Assembly (NCBI RefSeq): GCF_006345805.1
Contig: NW_021836364.1
Span: 1-22,232, forward strand
Length of the DNA: 22,232 nt
Direction of reading: 5' to 3'
Source: Octopus sinensis
Taxonomy: Eukaryota
Shown here: positions 1 through 9,339 of the stretch, in pieces
How the letters are laid out: each line of letters starts with the position of its first letter
Position numbering within the stretch: the first letter of the stretch is position 1
The notes under the pieces: model-generated
What the model was told of the DNA's origin: nothing
Databases searched by the model: none
The model's input: the letters and a program-made list of their open reading frames with translations, nothing else
Position numbers and translations under genes: made by a program

Positions 1-877
1 GTTAAGAGAAACACTAAACACTATTGTAAAAGTGATAAACTATATTCGATCTCGACCACTTAATTATCGAATTTTCCAAACTCAAATAATAATGGCTTTT
101 AAAAAAAGTTATTATTGTGGATAATGAAAATAAAAAAAGGAATAACATCAATGTTCCCAATGCTTGAATATCATCTCGGACACAACCCACCGGATAATGT
201 TCTTCTAAGTCTGATAATCAAACATCTGGAAAATCTCAAGACAAAATTTGATGATTATTTTCCTGTTGAAGACCCAATTCCAAACTGGATCGTTCAACCT
301 TTCTTGACCTCATTTAAAGAATATCAGGAACTCAATTTTCAGCAGAGCTTGATTGAACTTCAATGTAATCAGTCTGCTCAGATTATTTTCAAATGTACTT
401 CATTATTAGATTTTTGGTATTCTCATTAATAATTACTTTTTATTGTTAGGTGTCAGATGGCGAAAGAATTCCCCATTTTGAGTAAAACTGCATTGGAATC
501 AATACTTGCATTCCCCACTACTTATCACTGTGAAATGGCGATGTCGTGTCTGACTTTTCTAAAAACAAAATATAGAAATAGACTACGGGTACAAGATGAT
601 ATGCGAGTAGCTTTGTCGAACATAGAGCCTGATATAAGTAAAATTATTCTGAACAAACAAGATCAGAAATCTCACTAAATTACTATTAAATTTTCTGTTA
701 TTTTCATAATGTTCATGTTATTTTTATAATAAATATTCGAACATGTCTAAACCTGGCCCTGACGAGGTCAAAAATTGTGCGCTAATACCAAAAAATGTTT
801 ATTTTATTTAAGGTGGTCCCCACAAAATTTTATAGTTCAAAAGTGGTCCCCAGTCTAAAAAAGGTTGAGAACCGCTG
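1..877 (+). mobile_element. hAT DNA transposon (Buster/Charlie, ZBED5/SCAND3-like), internally deleted 3' part with intact right end
   Basis: Frame at 2-100 reads LRETLNTIVKVINYIRSRPLNYRIF. ORFs 115-429 and 457-678 join through a 33-nt GT-AG intron (417-449) to give LLDFWCQMAKEFPILSKTALESILAFPTTYHCEMAMSCLTFLKTKYRNRL (hAT dimerization region). Terminus GGTTGAGAACCGCTG (863-877) is followed by CTATATAC, an nnnTAnnn Buster-type target. Confidence 0.9.
417..449 (+). other. 33-nt spliceosomal intron in hAT transposase
   Basis: GTATTCTC...TTGTTAG contains in-frame stops; removal fuses DF-W-CQMAKEFP, matching the hAT consensus DFW-x4-EYP. Confidence 0.8.
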
Positions 878-886
878 CTATATACT

Positions 887-1098
887 ATGGATTGTTCACG
901 TTTGGTTTTCCAAAACAAAAGAAGTTATATAAGAAATAACAATGAATATGATCAAATCAAGTCAATTCTCCAAGGGATCGATGTAAAGACAAGAAATAGA
1001 TATTAGGAAAGAAGGCTTTTGACCAAGTCAAAATCTTTTATACTATTAAATGACTGCCTTTATTATCGTGTTGAAAACGGGAGTCACAAATTAGTTAT
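887..1098 (+). mobile_element. Ginger2/Tdd-like integrase, N-terminal fragment of the outer (interrupted) element B
   Basis: ATG 887 reads MDCSRLVFQNKRSYIRNNNEYDQIKSIL...*...KSKSFILLNDCLYYRVENGSHKLVI. This aligns with the N-terminus of the 1203-2387 integrase (RSIHINSKGEYDSILLYL...KTLHFADDQLFSYSKSGTHKIVI) and stops abruptly at TGTCG (1099). Confidence 0.7.
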
Positions 1099-1137
1099 TG
1101 TCGTAAGTTATAGCGTCCGGGCCAGTTCTAAGTGTCC

Positions 1138-1164
1138 GGAGTGATAAATCGGATTTATCACTCC
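1138..1164. repeat. Perfect 13-bp-arm palindrome in the subterminal region of element A
   Basis: GGAGTGATAAATC-G-GATTTATCACTCC. Confidence 0.95.
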
Positions 1165-1202
1165 AAATTATTATGATTTTGGGAATAAATTTTAAACTGT
1201 TC

Positions 1203-2387
1203 ATGGTGCGCTCGATACACATCAATAGCAAAGGAGAATATGATTCTATTTTACTATATCTATTGTCTAAAAAATATGAACCTGGAATGACAGAAACCAA
1301 AAAGCGAACAATTCGAAGAAAGTGTAAAACTCTTCATTTTGCAGACGATCAATTATTCTCTTATTCCAAATCAGGAACACATAAAATTGTTATATGTCCT
1401 TTTGAACATGAAAGGATTCAATCTATTCTTTGTGATGAACATAATGAAGGACATCCTGGGTTCAATAAAATGTGTTATCTAATTTCTCAAAAATATATTG
1501 GAATTAAACAATGTATAATTCGTGATTTTGTATCAAAATGCATACCGTGCCAATCATTTAACTCTTTAAGTACTTGTGAAAATATCAGAATGATTTCTGT
1601 GGAAAAAAAATACGAAAGATTTATCGCCGACTGTATAGATCTAAGGCGGTATTCTGCAAATAATGACAATTTTAAATGGATACTTACTGTCATCGATGCA
1701 TACACAAAGTTTGCATGGTCATTCGCGTTAGAGAATAAAACATCACAAAGCATCTATAATGCAATTGAGAGTTTATTCCAGACTGTCGGTCCTCCAATTT
1801 ATTTTCATTCGGACAATGGAAAGGAATTCCGCAACAAAGAAGTTTCAAAACTTCTTGATGATTGGAAAATAACTCCGATAAATGGAAGACCAAGACACCC
1901 ACAATCTCAAGGACAAATAGAAAGATATAACCAAACTCTCAAACGTTGGTTGGGGAAGACTTTGTTCGCAACAGAATCTATAAGGTGGAGAGAAATTCTA
2001 CAGAAGGTGGTGTATAAATACAACATAACTTGTCATCGCGCAACTGGAAAGTCACCATTTTGGTTAGTCTCTTTTTATTTACCCAGTCTATTTTACGGAA
2101 TAACGGGTTTTAATATTTTGCCATGTGGAGGCGCAGAAGAAGAGATTAACTCAGAATCGGAAGAAACGGAATTATCCTTAGAAGTAAAAACTCATAATGA
2201 AAAGTATAAAAGAAAAGTTACAGAAGACGCAAATAAAAATTTTCGAAAAAAAGATATCACAATTGGAGATAATGTTACAATTAAAATTGATTTCGATAAA
2301 AATATAAAAACAAGAAAATATCCACTCACTAATTTTTTTAGCAAGGAACAATTTCTAGTAGTGGAAGAAGTTTCTCTGCTTTATTAA
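1203..2387 (+). CDS. Gypsy-like DDE integrase/transposase (HHCC zinc finger, rve core, C-terminal extension)
   Basis: HNEGH...CIPC zinc finger; catalytic IADCID, HSDNG and QIER with D-35-E spacing. Probable start is ATG 1203. A 24-nt in-frame intron (2063-2086) converts KSPFWLVSFYLPSLFYG to KSPFCLFYG. The last few codons are probably a deletion junction. Confidence 0.9.
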   Translation: MVRSIHINSKGEYDSILLYLLSKKYEPGMTETKKRTIRRKCKTLHFADDQLFSYSKSGTHKIVICPFEHERIQSILCDEHNEGHPGFNKMCYLISQKYIGIKQCIIRDFVSKCIPCQSFNSLSTCENIRMISVEKKYERFIADCIDLRRYSANNDNFKWILTVIDAYTKFAWSFALENKTSQSIYNAIESLFQTVGPPIYFHSDNGKEFRNKEVSKLLDDWKITPINGRPRHPQSQGQIERYNQTLKRWLGKTLFATESIRWREILQKVVYKYNITCHRATGKSPFWLVSFYLPSLFYGITGFNILPCGGAEEEINSESEETELSLEVKTHNEKYKRKVTEDANKNFRKKDITIGDNVTIKIDFDKNIKTRKYPLTNFFSKEQFLVVEEVSLLY

Positions 2388-2530
2388 ACGTGAAATCATC
2401 CGTGATGTTGTTATCAACTGTGACATTTGCCGCTTTTCTGGACCTTTAAAGGACCATGATACAGAATTTCACGTTTTTGCTAATAAACCAAATGAAAGCT
2501 TTCAAATGGATTTAATCAATCTTAAAAGGT
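2383..2530 (+). mobile_element. Element B integrase, middle fragment (CxxC of zinc finger to first catalytic D)
   Basis: IKREIIRDVVINCDICRFSGPLKDHDTEFHVFANKPNESFQMDLINLKR. Confidence 0.75.
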
Positions 2531-2660
2531 GCTTTTTCTGATTTTTTCATCATTTATGTAATATTTTTTGATTTTTACAAAAACTGTAATATCGATAATT
2601 AATTTCCCTTTTTCTGATTATTTTAGATTTTTGAGTTCCAATGATTCTTTTTCATGGCTG

Positions 2661-2851
2661 TTAACTTGTATTGATGTATACAGTAATAGATTTTTCATCA
2701 TGATTTACTGATCCACTGTTTCCGTGAAATTTTCTTAACTTGATACCATTTCGTAATTTAAACTTTTCTAGCCACCCACGACTTGCTTTAAATTCTGGAA
2801 AATTTTTTCCAAACTTAAGAGCTTTTGCAATTAACATCGAATCTGATGGAT
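2661..2851 (-). mobile_element. pogo/Tigger transposase fragment (CENP-B-type HTH)
   Basis: KALKFGKNFPEFKASRGWLEKFKLRNGIKLRKFHGNSGSV; no TIR or TA duplication seen. Confidence 0.85.
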
Positions 2852-3297
2852 TCACAAGAAAGATAAAAAATAAATCTGGACTCGAGGTTTCAAAAAATAT
2901 TCAAGATATATTTATCGAGCATGGACCATGTCTATATCTACAAACAGATAATGGGACAGAGTTCAATAATTCTTACCTTACTGACTTGTGTGGAAAATAC
3001 AACATTCTCCAAATTCACGGAAGGCCTAACAATCCACGCAGTCAAGGGATCATTGAGCGCTTCAAAAATGATTTTAAATTGGGAGATATGGTTTTCTATA
3101 AAAATTTATAAATATAGGTCCGAATAAAAAAGGATTTTGGAACGAATCCTTCACTAAAATTAAATAAATTTGAAAGTCCATATGGTTCTCCGGTTAAAAT
3201 TGTTCAGATTTTTTCAAATAACTATGCTGAGATTGAGAAAAAAGATGGCTCAAAAGATAAAATTCAAATTCATCGGCTTAAAAAGAAAATTAATTAA
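2852..3297 (+). mobile_element. Element B integrase, core and C-terminal fragment with internal deletion
   Basis: LQTDNGTEF...GRPNNPRSQGIIERF, then a jump to FKLGDM. A 27-nt intron (3091-3117) joins to VRIKKDFGTNPSLKLNKFESPY...KKIN*. Confidence 0.85.
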
Positions 3298-3329
3298 TTT
3301 TTTGAATTTTTATTAAAAATTTGTTTCAA

Positions 3330-3940
3330 TCTGAGAGTTAAACACCGATATATGCGTGCGGATAAATGCAGTGTTCTCAAAGTCTGTAAAAGGACGAGGG
3401 GTTACACTAATTACGCTCCTAGGTTATTGCTGAACGGGTCAGCGATTGCTGCAGTTGATCGGATGACTTATTTGGGCGTGCTCTTTAAGCCGTCCGGTAA
3501 GTTTGATGATCACATTGCACGTACGAAAATGCGTGCAATTCAGCGATTAGGCGCGTTGCGTGCTTTCCGGCTGCGGAGAGGTGCTTGGCTACGTGTGTTT
3601 AACACCATGGTGTTACCCGTGTTGACCTATGGTGTACATGCCTGGCACTTCTGTGAGGACCGAGAGAAGTACGTTGACGCGCTCAAGAAAGTCAGAAGAC
3701 GAGCCATCCGGCTAGCCCATGGCTTAGGATGGCGAGTGGAGCTCACGGACACCCAGGAATTGTCCCTCAAAGGCCTCCCTGAGGTCTTAGAAAAGATAAT
3801 GTCTGGGTGGCAGGTAAGACGGTAAGTCTTAGTTTGCGGCTGAGAGGCGAGCGTGTGTGCGGGACTGAAAAGGCAGAAATGCCGAAGTCTTAATTATACC
3901 CTCACTAACAGCCTTTTATTTAAAATAAAATTTTTCCTTC
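3330..3940 (+). mobile_element. 5'-truncated non-LTR retrotransposon (L2/I/Jockey-like RT C-terminus and 3' UTR)
   Basis: ORF 3352-3825: TYLGVLF...DDHI...FNTMVLPVLTYGVHAW...KKVRRRAIRLAHGL; GC-rich; AATAAA near 3925. Confidence 0.8.
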
Positions 3941-4019
3941 CATCTGGTGCTGAACTTTTGTATAATTATATACATCCATATGGTTATCAATCATTATTTA
4001 TTAGCGAATCAATAATGTG

Positions 4020-4155
4020 CGCTCAGGGCGTAGGGCGCGTTGTGCATGTGACATAATAAAAAAAATAATAATAAATGAATATTGATTTTTTAAGTGCCGG
4101 GAGAAAAAAAACGTAGTTTAATGTACCGTGAGCACAAAAAGGTTGAGAAACGCTG
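4020..4155 (+). mobile_element. Orphan right end of a Buster/Charlie-type hAT element
   Basis: Subterminal GTGCCGGGAGA...GTACCGTGAG and terminus GGTTGAGAAACGCTG (4141-4155), followed by GGTTAGAC (nnnTAnnn). Left end not found; the start coordinate is approximate. Confidence 0.75.
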
Positions 4156-4164
4156 GGTTAGACC

Positions 4165-4560
4165 ATAAAAAAATTAATTATAAGAACAAACAAGAAAAAT
4201 TGAGTTATAAAATGATTATTCAGAAAATTTTAAAATTAGCAAGAAAATTGAATAAAAGAGATAAAGAAGAAAATATAATTTTTTTAGAAGATTCAAAATA
4301 AGTAAAGAAATGAATTAAAGGAATAAAATCGGAAAATAACACAAAAATAATGAAATTTCATATAATTCATTAAATGAAACTACATTTCAAATTATTCCTT
4401 TTAAATCAAATCAAAAAATAAAAATAAAACTAAGGAGATTTATCAAAAGAATACCACAACGTGAAGCAACAGCGTGCTCACACGTGGCTTAATTTATTAT
4501 TATTATTAGGTTTGCCTTCATAAATTAAGATAATTAAGCAGATTATTCAAGAAATTTATT
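4165..4560 (+). repeat. A-rich repeat, copy 1 of an inverted pair
   Basis: Shares blocks GAGTTATAAAAT..TTATTCAGAAAATTTT, TTAAAGGAATAAAA, AATAATGAAATTTCA and ACACGTGGCTTAATTTATTA with the reverse complement of ~8200-8610. Confidence 0.8.
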
Positions 4561-5429
4561 ATTAAATAAAATAATTTACAAATAAAATCAGTTTCAAAAT
4601 TAATCATTTGTTTTTTTTAAATATTGTTAAATATCATTTGTTATTTTGTTTCAATGTTCGTCCATTACCGAGTTTAAGAATCCTGATAATAGTTATCTGC
4701 TTTAATAATATAGTTAAAAAAACTATAAAAGCTTATAGAAAAATTTTTGATGTGATATTGCTGCATATGGACAATCAATACTCGACATTCCAGAAGTTAC
4801 GAACTATGTATCCATAGACACTATAAGGCGAGCGAGAGAAAGACCCAGAGGAAGCGTATTTTCACATTAGTCAATGTTCCCTATTGAAGAGGGGTGTGTA
4901 TGGTTTGCGAGAAAAAAATAAGATAAAATCTTCTTAAGCACTAAGAAGTTTCATATTTAAATCCTAAATGTCTTTATTTTTGTTTGGAGATGACATCTCG
5001 AGACAATTTGCGTATCCCCGCTGCATCGTGGATACTCCAGTTTAGAACCACTAAACATTAATGGATGCGAACAAATGTCAATCTTACCGAGTCTCTTCGG
5101 TGGGTTATACACTGGAATAACTCTCCTTTATGTGAAGTGATGCTATGTTTGAGGAATGTGTGTTTTCTCAAACAAATACAATACACATCACAATTAAAGA
5201 AAAGGTCGGATTCCTGTAAATATTTTATATCATTTTCCATTCAGAAAACCACGTCGTTCTCAGCATACAATATTTCTTAATAAAACAGACAAGAGAGAAG
5301 CAGTAGAGTGACGATGGGATAGCTTTTGTGAACAGGACCAGAGAAATGTTTTTTCAAATGCATTTCAAGTACACTCGGGCAAAAAAACAGACATTCAAGA
5401 CTTATAAACCAATTTGCCTGGCAAGACAA

Positions 5430-6603
5430 ATGCAGTTCGTGCGTCTACTGTCGAGTGCGATAACTCGTTACAATGACCGAAGGACGACGATTGGGTAGAC
5501 CGAATGAGCTATAGGTATGGCACTAACATCATCCTCTTTTTCGCAATTGCCATGATGAGCAGGACCTTCACAGGGTCGCATCTCGTTTGCTGGCATCCTG
5601 CCATGTTTACATGTTTGTCTTGTCATAAAATTTTGAGATTCTTACACTTCATTCGGGGATTCTTACTGCTGTGGACTAAGGGCACATACTACGTGGCCCT
5701 TGATCAAAAACTGCCCTCATCAGATGAAATCAAGAAAAAAAGCACACTGGCATACTACCAGGGGATGCACTACATCCTTTTGTCCATGAGTCTTTTGTTC
5801 TACCTCCTATCATGGCTTGGCGTTCCTACGTCTTCGGATCCGGTCTGAATCTGCCTGGAATAGTCAATAAATGCTCGATTGCTCATAAAATTGAACGAAT
5901 CTCAGAAAAGGAAAAAATAGCGAACTAAATCGCGTACCAAATCGACCATTATTTGCGACGGAGAGACAACTGGGATGGAACATCGAACAGAGTCGTGTTT
6001 CTTATAAAAATACTGATGTGGTCTGGGGGACGGAAACACGGAAACTATTTGTCTTTTGCATACTGCATCACCAAAACACTTTTCCTCTTCAACGCGTTTG
6101 GTCAATTTTTCTACTGAACAGATTTTTTGGCTTTCAGTTTCACATGTACGGTTTACATTCTGAACGAGTACATTCACGGAAAAGAAATAAACGAGTCCTC
6201 TTCTTTCCCCGCGGGTAACCTACTGCGATATCCCCGAACGGACCATCAAACAGACACACATCTACACAGTCCAATGCGTGCTTCAACAAAATCTATTCTC
6301 AGAAAAAATATTCATAATTATTTGGTATATGCTCCTAATTGTCGGAGTTGCGACTTTGATTTCGTACGTCAAGTGGCTTCTTTATTTCTCGATTCCCCGT
6401 CTACGGGACGACTACGTTGTCAGTACATTCAGGACATTGCTCCAACTGAGAACGATCAGTTCACCAAATTCATTAACAAATACCTCAAAAACGACGGATT
6501 CTTCATTTGTCGACTTATCGTACTCAACATAAACTGGATGATGCTTGACACGGTTGTCAACATTCTCTGGCAAGACTTTAAAAACAAGAACCTGAAAATT
6601 TAA
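5430..6603 (+). pseudogene. inx: Innexin (gap-junction protein) pseudogene
   Basis: Stitched frames give DDDWVDRMSYRY...CWHPAMFT-[25-nt intron 5613-5637]-YSYTSFGDSYCWTKGTYY...YYQ...LLFYL...GRKHGNYL...NAFGQF...SFPRVTYCD...TVQCVLQQNLFSEKIFIIIWY...YLKNDGFFICRLI. About 7 frameshifts (~5481, 5670, 5818, 6110, 6155, 6210, 6418) and an in-frame TAA (5926-5928). Confidence 0.9.
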
Positions 6604-6604
6604 T

Positions 6605-7938
6605 TGTCACAGGCTGGATAATGCCCTGGGTTGGATAATGCCCCTCAACGTTATTTTTTCAAATTAATTTTGATTAGATTTTTTGATTTTCTTAATTATT
6701 TTAGTAATTTATCAAAGTTTTTTTTTTCAAATTAATCTAGCGTGCAAATTTATTTTGGTTATCTAAGTTTTCAATTTGGAAAATAATAAGTATAATCGAT
6801 CAAATTTATATTTCAGAAATGGTTTTACTCAACCTTACCGAAGATGAACTTGAAGTAATCAAAAATATTCAAATAGATGTTTTTTTATATTGACCGATTT
6901 CAGAAATTTGAAAAAAAGATACAGAAAATTACAGAACAGTTAATTTTCGAAGAGGAAGGTTTCCCCAAAAGAAGAAACGACTAAACTAATAATTATTATA
7001 GATCGAACTATGAGGACACATTTTGGGAGAGATAAATTGCTTTCGATATTGAGAAAGGAAATTTATGCAGTAACCCGAGACGAAATTACTGCTGTGATCT
7101 CAAAATGCGTTCACTGTCAGGTGCATATGTATTGAACTATTCAAAATTGATGGCGACTAAGCCGGCGAAGCATCGTTTATAATAAATATAACATGGCGAA
7201 GCATGGAACGACCAAGAGGACACCTTTCGAAATTTTTATGCGAGGAAATAAGTTTCCCGGAAGAAATAAGATCGGCGTTATTGTCATTCGATGGAAATGA
7301 AGCGGTGAATAAAGTCAATCAGAGATAATTGGATCCGATTATTCGAAACGAGGACGATTGTTTGAATCAACAGAACATGAAAGCCATGTTCTTCCCGGAG
7401 AAAAAATGAAAAGGAGGCGGAAATGGAAATTTGATGAAGATTTAGCCGTAGGAGATAATGTCCTACTGAGACATGATATTGATACAAATCCAAATAATCG
7501 AAAATACCCCCTATACGATCAGATCGATTCAACTATATATGAAATATCGGAAGTTCATAAAGACACGTGCGCACTTAAAGATCTGAATGACAAATCATCC
7601 AACATCTACACAAAAGTCGCATAAAAAAATATGACTCTTATAGAAAATTTTTATATAATAAAAATTCATCAATTTTTAATATTTGTTTATAAATTGTAGA
7701 CCTAAAAGATTGTATAATTATAATAAAATACGTTATTGATTCGGAAAAATTTGTGATGCCGGTTTTTGCCGACTCTTGGAAAAATTCATTCAATCAAAAA
7801 ACTGATAAAAAATTGAATAAATCGACTTAATTCCATTATCAAGTTATTTTTAATTAATTATCAGGTTATTTTTGTTTGACTTTAATAAAATTTTTAAGGG
7901 GGTATTATCCAACCCAGGCCATTATCCAGCCTGTGACA
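6605..7938 (+). mobile_element. Non-autonomous Ginger2/Tdd-like element C, both TIRs and TSD intact
   Basis: 40-bp TIRs 6605-6644 and 7899-7938 (38/40 match, TGTCAC...GTGACA); 5-bp TSD TTAAT (6600-6604, 7939-7943). Internal remnants: THFGRDKL...SKCVHCQ, YNKYNMAKHGTTKRTPFEIF, VGDNVLLRHDIDTNPNNRKYPL. The DDE core is deleted. Confidence 0.95.
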
Positions 7939-8199
7939 TTAATTTATTGACTTTTGTTCGGATTTTGAATTTCATAGTACGAATTTCCACTTTCCGTATT
8001 TGCTACAGATTCTAAAGAATATTCACGAACTAACTAATCCATTCATTATGCTTGAAATTTAAACATTTTCATAAATCATTCCAATTTTATACTTTAGTCC
8101 GTTTTTTGTTATTTAGAAATTCACTTATTTTTTGCAGCTAGACCTGCGAACTATTAAAAATGACACGTAAAGATTTTCTCAAAATAAAGTTTAGTACAA

Positions 8200-8610
8200 T
8201 TTTTTTGTAATTAAAATAAAATTTATTTTTATTAATTATTTTTCATTATCTTAATTTTTACTAGAAAACTTAATAAATTAAGCCACGTGTTATTACGGAG
8301 TCGATTCACTTTGTTGTATTTTATTAATTTTTGATCACACTTTATTTTTTATTTAATTGGATGTAGAAGGAATAATGCGAGATGTGGTTTCTTTTAATAA
8401 TTAAATTATCTGAAATTTCATTATTTTTTGTATATTTCCCGGTTTTATTCCTTTAATCTGTTTCTTTTATTTATTTTGAAACTTCTAAACACTATTATTT
8501 TCTTAGTCATATTATTTATCAAATTTGCTCTTATTTTTTAAAAATTTTCTGAATAACAATTTTATAACTCGATTTTATTTATTTGTTCCTTTAATTATTT
8601 TTTTTCATTA
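8200..8610 (-). repeat. A-rich repeat, copy 2 (inverted relative to 4165-4560)
   Basis: Reverse complement aligns with 4165-4560 with the same block order, roughly 70-75% identity by eye. Confidence 0.8.
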
Positions 8611-8871
8611 TTATTAAAGTACAGTAAAATTTCTTGAATCCGCCGATTTTTTGCAATGTAAATAATATTTTATAGTTGAAGCATTAACCTACAATATAGA
8701 TTAAATATTTCTTTTTATATACAAATGACTAAATACATAAAATTATTTATATTCAAAAAATCAGAAATTTTATGTTTTTTAATTAATTTTATTAACATTT
8801 CCCCAATTCGCATAATATTTTCGTGATCAATGATCACATTTAAATTAAACATTTAATAATAAAAATAACAT

Positions 8872-9240
8872 TTAAATTTTATTTATTGTAATATAATAAG
8901 AAGTAATGCTTGATATTGTCTGGATAGAAGTTTCTATCTTTTTTAAAATATTTTTCAGCATTTTAATAGCTCTTTCAACGGATGCAGAGGATGCCTGACA
9001 GCGTGAAAGTAAAAAATAATCTCGTTGGCTAATTTTCGGTTCAGTCATCTCAATAATAGGTTTAAATCCGTTTTCCTCCATTCTTTTATTCATATAATTT
9101 TTAATATTTGCCTTATCATCATAAAAATGTAGTCCTTCTATGTCATAATATTCCCGATTGATTGAATAGTCGCAACATTCCGAAACTTTGAGAATATCTA
9201 TTATTTGTGAATAATTGCATATGATCTCCGTTAATTTCAA
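8872..9240 (-). mobile_element. hAT transposase C-terminal fragment (family distinct from the Buster copies)
   Basis: CQASSASVERAIKMLKNILKK resembles the hAT motif P-x-SxxVERSFS; no termini identified. Confidence 0.6.
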
Positions 9241-9339
9241 CTTAATATCGGGATAATTGAATATGCATAGTTAATAACTATTTGTCATTATTCTATTTAT
9301 TTTTATGGGAAAAAAATATCGGGATTATTTACATCATAG

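Larger units (their letters stand above)
1099..2387 (+). mobile_element. Ginger2/Tdd-like DNA transposon A (left end and integrase ORF; right end deleted)
   Basis: Starts TGTCG like the TIR-bounded relatives at 6605 and 9685; GC-rich left end with imperfect repeats. No RT/RNase H or LTR precedes the integrase. No matching right TIR found in the window. Confidence 0.75.

Noticed and set aside
1173-2387. Interpretation as an LTR retrotransposon pol remnant
   Set aside because: No RT, RNase H, gag or LTR; relatives have TIRs, TSDs and introns.
4165-4560. TAA-rich frames suggesting a TAA=Gln code or mitochondrial insert
   Set aside because: Stop density is what A-rich DNA would give, no mitochondrial protein motif was seen, and intact genes end in TAA/TAG.
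4600-5330. Possible spliced gene, including CIVDTP (like a GTPase DTPG motif) and ORFs 4608-4817, 5065-5280 and 5058-5240
   Set aside because: Several GT-AG pairs of 21-37 nt exist on both strands, but no consistent open model or P-loop could be built.
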